63,616 nucleotides of DNA, filler included, from Octopus bimaculoides (GCF_001194135.2; 6 parts of 6 records of this genome joined end to end with filler, not necessarily neighbours in it), one strand, 5' to 3'; positions 1 to 13,647 are shown, numbered from the whole stretch's first letter. The notes: a model not told the origin generated them from the sequence alone. Made by a program: numbers and translations.

Positions 1-250
1 GATCTCAAATTTTAAAGCAAACACATAATTTTCTTATGGTTTCTTAAACATTCACTTGAACAAAACTGTACAAATCCAAATATATGGTACCCTAGGCATA
101 ACACCTACATGAACTTCTAACTTGTTGTCTCTTGAGGTCTCTGGGTGAGACTTGGATCCAACTTGTACAAATGCAAAACAAAAGTCAAACATAAAATAAT
201 AATAATAATAACAAGAAGAAGAAGAAGAAGAAGAAGAAGAAGAAGAAGAA
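1..250 (+). mobile_element. R4/Dong-type LINE 3' end with (AAT)n(AAG)n tail
   Basis: Same 3' UTR as the copies at 27480-27890 (minus) and 54875-55097. Confidence 0.7.
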
Positions 251-1752
251 ATAAGACTATCAGTGTTCTGATTGCGATGCAGTAGCCCTGATGGATGTCA
301 TGGATTGAATGATTTTTTATTTCAAAGTTTTCTTCATCTTTGTTACTAACATTGTTTTTTGATCTATCTACAGTTTCAACCCATTTAGACTAAATGCTTG
401 TCAGGAGGTCATATAATCCAGCATATTACCATGATGACTTTATGACCTATAACTTGCTAACATGGTCTTTGTCTGTAACTTATTCTCACACCCATTCCAT
501 TATGACCAATGAATAAAAGAATGAACAAACTTATTGAAGGGTCAGTGGAACTCAGAGATGATGTCAGTTTTCTATAAGCATAAGCCTTCTTCATTGGTGT
601 TGTATTTCCTTGTTAACACCTTAATTAGAATTGTCTGTGAAACAACCTGGGCAACACTATCTGATTCTTGAATGAGATCTAATGTTTTCCTTCTTTCTTC
701 CTTCCTTCCTTCTTTTGTTTCTCTCTTTTTTTCTTTTTTACTTTCTTTTTTTCTTTTTTACTTTCTTTATTTCTTTTTTACTTTCTTTTTTTCTTTTTTA
801 CTTTCTTTTTTTCTGTTTCCTTGTATTAAGACAAAAACAAAATTGTTTTCAGCCTACATCTATGTAGATGGAAAATATGTTTTTTTTTTTATTTGAGTTC
901 TTTGAAAATAACATCCAATAAAAAAAGAAAAAAAATGAGCCCAACTGAATACAGCAGCCAGTTCTTTCTGCTAGCCTAATAAAGATGGTTAACCTTAAAG
1001 GCTACTGCTGCCTTCTGTCTAACCACTATCACCTGCAACCATTCACCGCTACCACCCCCATCCCCACCTCCATCATCATCATCATCCTCATCATCAGCAG
1101 CAGCTGCAGCTATCTATGTAGTGCATGTTAACATAATTATTAATTCATATCCTGTATCTTCTCACTGTGAGCTTTAACTTTCTATAAAATTAACCCATCC
1201 TATTGAAATGTGTTCAATATTTTGAGTGCAAATAATTCCTGTCTTTTCTTTTTTTTTTTTTCTTAAATATAGTTTCTTACACTTTGGAGACTTTTTGAAA
1301 AATAAAATTTCAAAAAATGCTAGTTGTTGGTTAGAAAGTTTACACCACATTTTCATAATACAGCATACAAAAGACATAGGTGTAAAAAAACACGCCGTCG
1401 CCATCACCTTCATTATCCTTGTCATCATTGTTGTTGTCATCATCACCGTCATCATCATTCTGTATAGAGCCCGTTAACAGAGTCATTAATTAATATCATG
1501 CATCTATCTCACTATGTGTTCAGGGTTAACCAGTGTATTTTGTATGTGAATTGTTATAATATATTTTTTAACACTTTACATATATTCTTGAAATAAATTA
1601 GAAAACGAGTAATTGTTAGCTTGGAGATTTAAACCATATTTTCATAATATATGATGCTTAAAAATAATATAGTTGAAGAACATTGCAGCCATTTTGTTGT
1701 TTAACCCTAGGTCGGTGTTGTTTGAACAAATTTTTGACGAAAAGAATTCCAA

Positions 1753-1908
1753 GAGTGGCTGTGTGGTAAGTAGCTTGCTTACCAACCACCTGGCTCCGGG
1801 TTCAGTCCCACTGCGTGGCATCTTTGGCAAGTGTCTTCTACTATAGCCTCGGGCCGACCAAAGCCTTGTGAGTGGATTTGGTAGACGGAAACTGAAAGAA
1901 GCCCGTTG

Positions 1909-1939
<31 letters not shown>

Positions 1940-2160
1940 TTGTGTGTTTGTGTGTTTGTGTTTGCCCCCCTAGCATTGCTTAACAACCGATGCTGGTATG
2001 CTTATGTCCCCGCCACTTAGCGGTTCGGTGAAAGAGACCGATAGAATAAATACTAGGCTTACAAAGAATAAGTCCTGGGGTTGATTTGCTCGACTAAAGG
2101 CGGTGCTCCAGCATGGCCACAGTCAAATGACTGAAACAAGTAAAAGAGTAAAAGAGTATA
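1753..2160 (+). mobile_element. tRNA-derived SINE (family A); other copies at ~42963-43332, 50897-51295, 45440-45775, 49270-49540
   Basis: A box TGGCTGTGTGG, B box GGTTCAGTCCC, internal (TA)/(TG) repeat, shared tail. Confidence 0.85.
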
Positions 2161-4449
2161 TTTTTTATATTTTAGCTGAACCATGGACATGCTGGGGCAT
2201 CCCTTTGAACGGTTTAGTTGAATAAATCAGCCCAATCCAGTACAAATTTTTGAAGCTTGGTTATTATTCTATTGGTCTCTTTTGCTGAAGCACTAAGTTA
2301 TAGGACATAAACAAACCGACATCAGTTGTCAAACAGTGACAGGGGACAAACACCAGTACAAACACAAGTACAAACAACACGCCCACAAAAACATGCACAC
2401 ACACCTGCACACATACACACACACACGCATGCAGAGACACACACATTGTATGGTAACTGCTCCATCTTCACAGATAATTACTGTTTCCTTACATTTTCTT
2501 ATTGCCAGTAGCATTTCTAACTTTCCAGCCATGACCTCTCAGATGACTACTCAGTCATGTTGCAGATCTGCATGGTCTGGAGCATAGGTGACAGATGAAA
2601 GCTGTAACTCACTGTGTACTTCCAACTTGTTACGTCTGCACATGTCACCACTTTTCCATTGCCATAAGACTTTGTGAAGATGACCAGCCTAGAGGTTAGG
2701 GTATTGCACTCATGATCATCAGATTGTATGTTCAATTCCTGGACCAGGTGATATATTGTGTTCTGGAGCAAAACACTTCATTCCATATTCTTTTCTACTC
2801 TAGGCACAAGGCCCGAAATATTTTTGGGGACGGGGCCAGTTGATTAGATCAATCTCAGTATGCAATTGGTACTTAATTTATCGACCCCCAAAAGGATGAA
2901 AGGCAAAGTCAACCTCGGTGGAATTTGAACTCAGAATGTAAAGACAAACGAAATACCACTAGGCATTTTGCCTAGCATGCTAACGTTTCTGTCAGCTTGC
3001 CACCTTACACTTCATTTTATATTGCTCAAGTCCGGTGTGNNNNNNNNNNNNNNNNNNNNNNNNNNNNNNNNNNNNNNNNNNNNNNNNNNNNNNNNNNNNN
3101 NNNNNNNNNNNNNNNNNNNNNNNNNNNNNNNNNNNNNNNNNNNNNNNNNNNNNNNNNNNNNNNNNNNNNNNNNNNNNNNNNNNNNNNNNNNNNNNNNNNN
3201 NNNNNNNNNNNNNNNNNNNNNNNNNNNNNNNNNNNNNNNNNNNNNNNNNNNNNNNNNNNNNNNNNNNNNNNNNNNNNNNNNNNNNNNNNNNNNNNNNNNN
3301 NNNNNNNNNNNNNNNNNNNNNNNNNNNNNNNNNNNNNNGGATGCCCTTCCTAACGCCAACCACTCCAAGAGAGTAGTGGGTGCTTTTACATGCCACCGGC
3401 ACAAGGGCCAGTCACACGGTACTGGCAATGGCCATGCTCAAAATGGTGTTTTTTTACATGCCACCTGCACGGGAGCCAGTCCTACGGCACTGGCAACTAA
3501 CCCTGAAAGAATAAAAGGCAACATTAACCTTGTCAGGATTTGAACTCTGAGCACAAAGAGTCAGAAGAAGCATTCCATCTCACACCCTAATTGCTCTGCT
3601 AATTTGCCAACTTTTTTTTAAAAATATTGCTATGGAAATTCCATATGCTTCTGGTGTCTGTATGATTTCGAAACCTGAAAGAAATATATAACTTCTAGAA
3701 ACTATTTCTACTAACAATTCTAAGATATAAATTAGAATTCCAGAAATTTGAAGAATTTCTGTCAAGGATATTGATTATTGGTTCAATAGAAAAACTTCTG
3801 ACCACAGCCAGTGATGACAGACAGAACAAAATCTGGGCTACCACACCAGGATTCTCTGCATTTTCCTTGCCTTATGACCTCATACTTTATAATGAGGGCT
3901 GTTGTCACTATTAATAATGTCCAAAATTTTTCTGGATGCACTTGTCAATTGTTGATGTCAATGTTGATGTCAAATGGGAAAATGTTGGCTTCTTGGCTTC
4001 TCATTAAATTTTCACTATCGATAGGTGAAAGAAAAAAAACAAAAACCTCTCAAGTATTTGAGAGTGTAGGTGGCAAGAAAGAAACTAGATGCAGCATTTT
4101 ACATAGCACCATATATAAAATTGCCATCAACTGACACCTTGTGATTGTCAGCCTTATCAGAAGAAGCAGATGCCATTTGCATATTATCAACATTATCAGC
4201 ACCCCCTCATCCTTCTCCATCTCCTCATCATCATTGTCCTCGCCATCCTCTTCCTTCTTCTCTTCCTTAACATCCTCCTATTTCTCCACCTTCTCTTCAT
4301 CATCATCGTCATCACAATCACCACCACCACCACCATCATCGTCATCATCATCATCGACATCACTGCCACCACAAACCTCAACACTAACAAAACAGCAACC
4401 ACCACCACCAAAACCATCACCACCACCACGAAAACCACCACCACCACCA

Positions 4450-4549
4450 NNNNNNNNNNNNNNNNNNNNNNNNNNNNNNNNNNNNNNNNNNNNTTAATTA
4501 ATTAANNNNNNNNNNNNNNNNNNNNNNNNNNNNNNNNNNNNNNNNNNNN
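4450..4549. other. Scaffold-join marker (N-run, TTAATTAATTAA, N-run); also at ~33082-33181, 52110-52209, 54775-54874, 60646-60745
   Basis: The 12-mer has stops in all six frames and sits in fixed ~100-nt gaps, so it is an assembly artefact. Confidence 0.9.
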
Positions 4550-4714
<165 letters not shown>

Positions 4715-4717
4715 CTA

Positions 4718-4930
4718 AGGCAGTGAGCTGGCAAAATCGTTAGCACGCTGGACGAAATGCTTATCGGTATTTCGCCCATCGCTATGTTCTGAGTTCAAAT
4801 TCTGCCGAGGGTCAACTTTGCCTTTCATCCCTTTGGGCTCGATAAATTAAGTACCAGTGAAACACTGGGCCGATATAATCGACTGGTACCCTCCCCCCAA
4901 ATTACTGCCCTTGTGGTAAAATTTGAAGCC
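4718..4930 (+). mobile_element. tRNA-derived SINE (family B); other copies at ~25720-26100, 37872-38090, 2800-3010 (-), 54270-54400 (-)
   Basis: GGTGAGCTGGCAGAATCGTTAGC...GAGTTCAAATTC...GATAAA-AAGTACCAG. Confidence 0.8.
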
Positions 4931-5014
4931 ATTATTATTATTGCTATTATTATTTCTCTTTATCACAGGTTTTGTTGGAGCTCCTGCAGTCTTGCGTGCG
5001 TAGCGGGTTTGCTC

Positions 5015-7230
5015 CCTTCAGCCTATGGTACCATGCTATCCGTTCTTTTCATCTATTCATTCCTGATTATTCTGACCGTGCCAAAGAGGCAAACCATACC
5101 GAACTATTGCGACTGCGCGCTCAGGTTTGTGTCTTCTCTTGCAGTTCCTGATAATTAGATTATCAATTAAGAGCTGATTTTTCGTTCCCCGACTCCTCTT
5201 CCGGCACCCTTTCTGTTCAATAGGTAGTAACCCACTCTTTTCAAAATATCTGTACAGTTCAACGATCAAAGCATCTGACATTAGTTTTCACATTAGCGGG
5301 AGGCATGTTATTGGTCTTAAATTGGATGCAAAATTTCCTTCTTCAGGATCCTTGGCACATAACAATGTCTTTCCCTTTGTCATCCAGCTGGGGACTGCAC
5401 ATTCCTGCAAGCATTTATCTAGCTATTGCGCTATCCTTTCATGGAGCACTTTCAGCTTCTTCATCCAATTACCTTGAACCCCATCCGGTCCTGGGCCCTT
5501 CCAATTTGGGAATTTTCTTAACTACTTTTTAAAATCATATACTGTAGTTATTTTTATGTCTTCTTGGCCTATATTTCTTAACCTATCTTGGATTTCATGC
5601 AGCCACTCCGCTTCATCATTACACTCTACAGGCTGGTCCCAGATCCCTCTCCAGAATTCCCTGCTTTCGTCTGCAACTGGTATCATTGTTACGTGTAACT
5701 GCCCATCTAGTTCCTGAAACAGTTTCTTCTGATTTGCTTCAAACAATCTGTTTTGTCTGAATTGTTTTGTTCTACTGTCATGTCTTTCCAGTTTTGCCTT
5801 GATTGCTACTACTCCTTGTTTCAATTCTTCCAATATCACATCATACCTTTTATCTCTTATTCTACGTGTTCTTTCCGGCATTATTCTTATGTTGCCGTTC
5901 TGCAATTACCCTCTTCTCAATGTATCAACTTGTCCTAAATGTCTTTTTAACTTTGTTTGTTTCGCACAAATTCGTCTATGCCAGAGTGGGTCTTTACGTT
6001 CTGTTTGTTCTCTTCGTTTGTATCGAACTCTCTCTCTGTCGCATCCATATTTGCAACCCAAATAATCCTGTTAGTTTCAGTTATATTTCCCGTGTGGAAT
6101 AGCCAAGGACCGAATCTATCTTTTCGGGTTCAACTTGAGCTTAAGTCGATCAATGTACCTCAGATCCTGATCTTCTCTAATATATCGGCACAGTATCCTC
6201 ACTATGCCAGGTTGGTCATCATCGTATTCTTGTGATATAGCTCTTCCTATTACTTCTGTTTCATTTGCTGAGAATGCATTTACATTTCCCCTTTGTTCTA
6301 CGTCTTCACTGTCGCCATTTATTTCTCTGTTCTCACTGGGCACGTTAGCTGTTGTTGAAGTATAATTTCTATTTTCTACTTTCCTTTTTATCTCTTCAAT
6401 TCCTATGTCTGTTAGCTATCTTTTTGTTTTTATTGCTCTTGCCTGGTCGGCTAACCGTTGCTCACTTATTTTGAAGAATCCTACTCCTACCTTTTTCACT
6501 GTCTCTGGTTTTGTGTACGAGCAGTTTCTAGATGACCGACTCTGCGCTGTTCATCCACAGGGCACCTGCCGGGCGAAAGGTTTTCGCCTTTGTTTCCAGC
6601 CTTATTAACACCATTATTCGATACATTTGTATCAGACATTTTTACTCAACAATGAGGTTTGTGTTTTAGGATAAGCTACTAACCGGTATTTTTATCGAGG
6701 CATCCTCTCTAGTAAGTTTGTCAACCAAGACTACTGAGCTCTTACTACCCATAATTTGGGCCTGTTCACTTTGCATTTCTGTGTATTGGGGACCAAAGTC
6801 ATGCTTCGCACTAGGAAACAAGTGAGCGTCAGTTGGTTCCATATTTTCATCCAAATATTGCTCCGAAGTTACGTCCCGATTCACGATTTATTCACCTTCA
6901 TCCCAAGCATGGAGCCTTTGGACATTGACAGGTTATCACCACCGTGACTAAAGAGTCCTGTCTACCCCGGTTTTAAATCAGAGTATATCTTCTCCGAGAC
7001 AGACTGCCAAACAAGGCTCACGAGTTCTGTCTACCTAATTTGGGAATGACCACTGACTCTTCTGAGCTCCTCTGCCCCTTGCCGAGCTTTGTTTTTAATC
7101 CCGCTGAGAATCGAAAATTCACCCTCCTTACTAAGCAAACTTAGTTGAGTTGCTGGTTTAGTCGCCGACGAATCGACGGTTTCACAATTAGAATTAGGGT
7201 TAGGGTTGTTACTCATTCTGGGCTGTTATT
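5015..7230 (-). mobile_element. Degenerate R4/Dong-clade LINE, 5' region to mid-RT
   Basis: ISEQRLADQARAIKTK, LFEANQKKLFQEL...FWRGIW and EQKGCRKRSRGTKNQLLID motifs, with stops and frameshifts. Confidence 0.85.
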
Positions 7231-7719
7231 TACTTGTTCACTTTTATAATTCCACTATCACTACTATAATCGCTACTTTATTATTTACTTATTCACTACT
7301 ATAGTTTCATAATTATTACTATAATATTGTCTCCCCTGATTTCTTTAGACAACAAATGATGGCAGATTTACGGCTGTTGGTTTAGCTACTGATGTTGCTA
7401 CGACACTAAATATAAGAGCGGATGTGTTGCGTCTGTTAATACATGTTGTTTGATTGGACAGGTACTTGATAGGCCTGGCGGTGGATTGGGGGAGAGTGGG
7501 GGGGGGTGAGAGGAGCGTCGACATGTTGGACATAGCATAGCTGATATATACAGACCTACGCGTAACACTATAGTAATCTATAGCAAAACTATAGCAATCT
7601 ATCTTTTGGCGAATTTATACTGCATACAAAAATAAAGACATACAACTGCTTACAATAATGGAGATTACTGTATAATTTCATTTATGTTTGTAATTTTTGG
7701 CTTACAATATTGAAAAAAA

Positions 7720-8440
7720 TATGCCTCCAAAGAAAAGACGTAATCTTACTAGAAACAAATATAAAGTAAAGAGGATTGTAGAAAGCCGAAGTCGAGAATC
7801 TCAAGGGGGGAAGGAGGTGAGACTTTCTCAAGATCAGCAAACACATGGAGTCTCAAGAAAGAAGAAGGATGAAGTCAAATGGAGTGTCAAGAGAGAAGGG
7901 AGATGAGACTTTCCCAAGATCAGCAAACGTATGACGCAGCACATCAAATGGAGTCCCAAGATAGAAATGAGATGAGACTTACCCAAGATTAGCAAACGCA
8001 TGTTGCAGCACTTGATGCTAAATCATTAGAACAACGTGTTAATGTTTAGACAGCAGTCCAATAGAGTAACTCTGAAAAATAGACTACGTACAAATTCGTT
8101 CTTCCCAACTCCTGGAGCTGCTTTCAGACATGATCCATCCTATTCATATAAAAACGATAAATTTATCCAAATTAGTATGCTAAACTCAAATTGTCATTTC
8201 TGAAAAGCTTTAAAATTCCCAAATGGCATGCACTGCTCAGGTGGTAAGATAAGATTGCCAGCTCTACCAGCTCTTTCTCAACCTCTTATAGATCTTCTGG
8301 AAGGCTCTTCCATCCAATCAAAGGATTTTCTGAACAATATCAGACAATACAACTCTGCATTTCAAACGACATCGTTTGGTGTATCTAAGGAGATAGTTGA
8401 ACTTGGATTTACGCCGACGTTCAAAGCAAAAACTAAAACT
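7720..8440 (+). mobile_element. Helitron Rep/Hel N-terminal fragment
   Basis: MPPKKRRNL...; CSGGKIRLPALP...SKDFLNNIRQYNSAFQTTSFG...FTPTFK. Confidence 0.8.
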
Positions 8441-8750
8441 TTGATGCAAACAGTTTGAGATTTTCGCATTACAGATGATTGTGCACTTGTAGTACACACT
8501 CTTGAGGACATGCAATGGATACTTTACAACTTCTTGCGTGCATCGAATGCTTTTGGTCTGACCATCAATATCGAGAAAATTGAGCTTGTCCATCAGCCTA
8601 TTTGTGACCATCTTCCCACTGTTTTCCTACTGTACATGTTGATGGAAAAGCATTAAAAACTGTTTCCTCTTTCACTTTTCTTGGTTCCATTGTATCCAAT
8701 GATGTGAAGATGGACAAAGAAATTGAGTCCAGAATCAGGAAGGCCGTGTC
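8440..8750 (+). mobile_element. RTE (BovB-like) RT fragment
   Basis: DDCALVVHTLEDMQ...AFGLTINIEK...FTFLGSIVSND...DKEIESRIRKA. Confidence 0.7.
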
Positions 8751-9202
8751 GAAAAAATTTTTTTTTTTAAGGGTGGTTTTGGGTGTGGGACGGGCGGAAG
8801 TCTTACCTAATCTTCATATTGTTAATATCGAAGGACAGAAAATGGAGAAAAAGAGGGATGTATTAATAATTTATTTATATCATATAAAGATGTTGAAATT
8901 AAAAAAAAAAATTTTTAAGTATAATACAAATGAATTATAAGTTGTAAAGCTCAAAAAAATGTGGAAAAACCTACATATATGTTTCAGTACTAGCCTCTAG
9001 TTGAAATGGAATTCTAAGCATTTGGTTAAATGCTAAGAAAGGTATCGTTTTTTAACTATATAGGGCAGAACTTCTTTAGAGTTATTATGAGCTTATAGAA
9101 CTTAGGTTAACATTTTCCCTTTGAAGGGTGCATACAGAATATTAATAGGTATAAGAAGTTAAATCCTATATATAGTAAGTGTATCTAGGTGGTGAGTTAT
9201 AG

Positions 9203-9761
9203 GGATCTATTTTAAAACGGGGGCCACATTTTTCATTAATGTTTTACGTAGTGTTTTTGGTACCGAAAGACTTTCAAACTTCGTATACTTATCTATTTTG
9301 TGTTATAGAACAGAAAAATATTTTTGTATTCGAATTTATTTCATGTAAAAAATTGTCTTATTTCGATAATTTCAACCAATCACTGACAAGTATTCAGTTG
9401 TTTACATTTACTCCTTTGGCTAATTAAGCGGTGTAAAGCGTATTTAATCGCCATACCTTCGTTTTATTTGCTTTTTTCATTTTAAATTTGCTTTAACCCT
9501 AACCCTAACCCTAACCCCAACTCTAAGGTTAGGGTTAATTGTTTCAGAATCGTTTGTTTATGTAGTCGGCTGAATGGACGTCAGTGATTGGTTGAAATTA
9601 CAGAAATACGACAACTTTCACATGGAATAACTTATGGATTTCTTTTTTTTTTTAAAGAAGACTAAGAGAAAAAGATGTTTTATATGACACATTCTACCAG
9701 CGTTCCAAGTTTCAAAGTGTTTCGTTAATGAAAAATGTGGCCCCCGTTTTAAAAAAGATCC
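9203..9761. mobile_element. Complete MITE with ~35-bp TIRs and 8-bp TSD AGTTATAG (Merlin-like)
   Basis: TIR GGATCT.TTTTAAAACGGGGGCCACATTTTTCATTAA; perfect TSD at 9195-9202 and 9762-9769. Confidence 0.85.
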
Positions 9762-11279
9762 AGTTATAGATATGCCATACAGTACAAAAAAAAATGAAAT
9801 AAATATAAATAAAAATTTTTTTTTTTAAATAACTTAAAATAATAAGAGTAAGGAAAGACGATAAGGATAAAAATTTTAGCGGGCTTTTAGCCCACTAATT
9901 TAATATAATGTTCAATCATCCTTCGATCGCTGTTAGAATCAATCCAGTGAGGAACAACAACAACTCGTGTGAGATTTGTGAAGACTTCATGTACATGAGG
10001 GATTTATTCCGATCCGGGATGAGAGCATTTACACAGCTTGAGCATTTACATTCAATAGAACAGAATGGAATATGAATAAGGAAATGTCTGGTGAAAGAGG
10101 ATTTAGGAAAATTCAATCAACGAGAAGTTGTCTTGTAGCAGAAACAGAGATGGAGAAACCGTGCAGGCAGTGTGAGAGAGAAAGATGTTACCAGTCGGTG
10201 CACGTCTTTTATAGCTATGTAACGAGCGCCACCTAATTGCTAACGATGCGATGGTACAGGGAGATGACTCTCATTAAAACGACGGCACTGGATTCAAATA
10301 AGGTTGCCTACAAAATGAAATCAATAATAAATAGATAGAAATTAAAGAAATACACACACACACACACACATGAAATATACATAGTAAAAGATTTTAATAA
10401 AAAAACTATTTCATGTAAAATTTTAAAACTTTTGAAGTTTTTTACTATATATATATTTCTTTNNNNNNNNNNNNNNNNNNNNNNNNNNNNNNNNNNNNNN
10501 NNNNNNNNNNNNNNNNNNNNNNNNNNNNNNNNNNNNNNNNNNNNNNNNNNNNNNNNNNNNNNNNNNNNNNNNNNNNNNNNNNNNNNNNNNNNNNNNNNNN
10601 NNNNNNNNNNNNNNNNNNNNNNNNNNNNNNNNNNNNNNNNNNNNNNNNNNNNNNNNNNNNNNNNNNNNNNNNNNNNNNNNNNNNNNNNNNNNNNNNNNNN
10701 NNNNNNNNNNNNNNNNNNNNNNNNNNNNNNNNNNNNNNNNNNNNNNNNNNNNNNNNNNNNNNNNNNNNNNNNNNNNNNNNNNNNNNNNNNNNNNNNNNNN
10801 NNNNNNNNNNNNNNNNNNNNNNNNNNNNNNNNNNNNNNNNNNNNNNNNNNNNNNNNNNNNNNNNNNNNNNNNNNNNNNNNNNNNNNNNNNNNNNNNNNNN
10901 NNNNNNNNNNNNNNNNNNNNNNNNNNNNNNNNNNNNNNNNNNNNNNNNNNNNNNNNNNNNNNNNNNNNNNNNNNNNNNNNNNNNNNNNNNNNNNNNNNNN
11001 NNNNNNNNNNNNNNNNNNNNNNNNNNNNNNNNNNNNNNNNNNNNNNNNNNNNNNNNNNNNNNNNNNNNNNNNNNNNNNNNNNNNNNNNNNNNNNNNNNNN
11101 NNNNNNNNNNNNNNNNNNNNNNNNNNNNNNNNNNNNNNATATATATATATATATATATATATACGTGTGTGTGTTCTACTAGCGCTTGACACCCATTGTT
11201 GGTGTGTTTACATCCTCGTAACTTAATGGTCTTGACAAAGGAGGCCGATAGCTTAAGTATAAGAATAGTTTCACGGAAA

Positions 11280-11676
11280 CAAGCGAAGGGCAAAAGATAT
11301 AAATGTATGTGTGCTTAATAAGTGACGGGAACGGAGATCTCGGTCCCCGAGTTACTCTGTAGCTTTCAGCCGTTTATAAACAAAACGAATTTAGGTTATC
11401 GTGTCGTTAAGGTGTAGCATCGTATAATTCTGCTGCTCTTCCGCTTCCATACAAACTCCCACCACTACGTCATTAAACTTACTAAACCTCATCCCGCTCC
11501 TTCCCTGCTTCCATATAACTCCACGTCCTCCGTTATAAACCGTTTTGTTACACTAAAGGCCACCGAGGGGCCGAAAGAAAGACGAATATACATAAATTGA
11601 CATCACTAAACATCGATATCAATTTATCGACCCATCGATCACACTTTTAGTGAATGTTTAGCCGAGTTATAGCGCT
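11280..11676. promoter_or_regulatory. Probable BCAS3 promoter / 5' UTR region
   Basis: Locally CpG-rich, repeat-free sequence directly upstream of the BCAS3 ATG. The TSS is not visible. Confidence 0.4.
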
Positions 11677-11756
11677 ATGGCTTCCTTATTTCATTCCCCA
11701 AATCGATCTGGATGTACGAAGTATACAGGCTCCAGTGTACGTCCACAACCTTATAG
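11677..11756 (+). CDS. BCAS3: BCAS3 coding exon 1 (MASLFHSPNRSGCTKYTGSSVRPQPY-S)
   Basis: ATG at 11677, donor AG|gtgagt, phase 2. SVRPQ matches the BCAS3 N-terminus (VVRPQ). Joins exon 2 in frame. Confidence 0.88.
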
Positions 11757-12689
11757 GTGAGTATTTAACAATATAAAAGTATAACAACACACACACGCAC
11801 ATACATATATATGTACATATACACACATAAATTATATATACGTAATACACAGCCAAGATAAAATAGTCTTTAGTGTACATATACGTAAGTGTGTCTGTTA
11901 TGTGTGTATACACACGTATATATATACATTTGTATACACACGCGCGCACATATATATGTATGTATGTATATGTACGTATGTCTGTATACATCAAATATAT
12001 AAGCAGCTGTATACGTCGATAAACTCATTACTATATATTTATATATACAAACGTGTATATTTGCACGTATGTAACAATGTAAATATAAATATAGAGGCGT
12101 TGTATCGACTATATNNNNNNNNNNNNNNNNNNNNNNNNNNNNNNNNNNNNNNNNNNNNNNNNNNNNNNNNNNNNNNNNNNNNNNNNNNNNNNNNNNNNNN
12201 NNNNNNNNNNNNNNNNNNNNNNNNNNNNNNNNNNNNNNNNNNNNNNNTATATATATATATATGTATGTGTGTGTGTATGTTTGTATATAATGTATATATA
12301 AATATACGTTCTGTTTTATTATTTACGTTTCGTAAATAATAACAATGTGTGTGTGTGTGTGTGTGTTTGTATATAATGTATATATAAATATACGTTCTGT
12401 TTTATTATTTACGTTTCGTCGTGTTTTATTATAAATATACGTTCATTGCATACTTACATTATATAGACTGCTCTTTCTTAGTGTGTACTTCTCCGGACTT
12501 ACGTTTATATATATATATATGTATGTATATATACATTTACATACATGTATATTTACATATACATACATATACATACATATGTATATATACATACATATGT
12601 ATATATATGTATGTATATATACATATATATGTATGTATATAAATGGTGAACAAAAGTGTGGAGTGGAGTAAAAGCGTTTAAAGAGGCCA

Positions 12690-13110
12690 GGATGACGCAT
12701 GTAAGACTCAAAAGATATCTAAGGAAGAATGTTACGATTGAGAAGGTGAATGGCAATGGCCCATTTTTGTGTGCACAGTCTGTGACAGACCATGCTTTTC
12801 TTTTGCTGGGCTCAAACCTCATCTGCGAATGCATCGAAAACGAACCTCCACCAACTATTCTGACTATATGTCTGTGCACACCTTTGAATGCAGTGTATGC
12901 TAGAAGGTTTGTATATCCAACGAAGGCCTCACAAGACATCTTAAGATCCACAAAGACCAGAACTTATCTGCAGCTCTTGGTGGTCCAGATAGGATGCGCA
13001 ATCTATGTGGCTGTCTTTTCAGAACGCTGTCTGGTTTAAGAAGCCACATCAGACACCATGATGGTGCTTAGGTGTAAGTACAGGAGGTGGTCAAACTCTG
13101 TACCATAAGA
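12690..13110 (+). mobile_element. RTE (BovB-like) 3' end with C2H2-like tail; homolog at ~45150-45410
   Basis: ...FRTLSGLRSHIRHH; the two copies align. Confidence 0.65.
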
Positions 13111-13592
13111 CATTCGAGCAAGGTCGTTGCCAGTGCTGCTAGACTGGCTCCTGTGCAGGTGGCACGTAAAGTACACCATTTTGAGTGTGGCCGTTGCCAG
13201 TAGTGCCTGACTGGCCTTCATCCCAGTGGCACATAAAAGCACCTACTACACTCTCGGAGTGGTTGGCATTAGGAAGGGCATCCAGCTGTAAAAACTCTGC
13301 CAAATCAGATTGAAGCCTGGTGTGCTACACCAGTTATTGGGTATGACTTCTTCGTGTATCACCTGCTTAACTATACGGGTGACTAGGCTATAGCTGACAN
13401 NNNNNNNNNNNNNNNNNNNNNNNNNNNNNNNNNNNNNNNNNNNNNNNNNNNNNNNNNNNNNNNNNNNNNNNNNNNNNNNNNNNNNNNNNNNNNNNNNNNT
13501 GTGGTTGGTAAGCAAGCTACTTACCACACAGCCACTCTTGCGCCTATGCTTATTAAATTTTTGTTGACAGTTTCCCCTTTCTTTTCTTTCAG

Positions 13593-13647
13593 CGATAAAA
13601 CAATGATGGAAAGTGTTGTGAATTTCATATCTGATGTCGTCCCACAG
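13593..13647 (+). CDS. BCAS3: BCAS3 coding exon 2 (DKTMMESVVNFISDVVPQ)
   Basis: Acceptor tttctttcag, donor gtaaat, 55 nt. Matches human MESVVTFLQDVVPQ. Confidence 0.95.

Noticed and set aside
2490-2690. Two minus-strand exon-like segments
   Set aside because: The implied intron is only 36 nt and all internal phases of one segment have stops.
3775-4020. Minus frame interrupted by a single TGA (possible selenocysteine)
   Set aside because: The TGA arises within a 12-bp tandem duplication, no SECIS was recognised, and a decayed repeat is more likely.
6940-7090. Possible HDV-like ribozyme at the 5' region of the R4/Dong LINE (minus strand)
   Set aside because: A 7-bp P1 (GGCAAGG/CCTTGTT) can be drawn, but I could not build P3/L3, P1.1 or P2 by eye.
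7193-7208. Interstitial telomere
   Set aside because: Only two TTAGGG units, lying inside the LINE's NPNPN-coding region.
10308-11293. ORFs of 250-310 aa here and at 43.0-44.1 kb and 52.5-53.4 kb
   Set aside because: They span N gaps.
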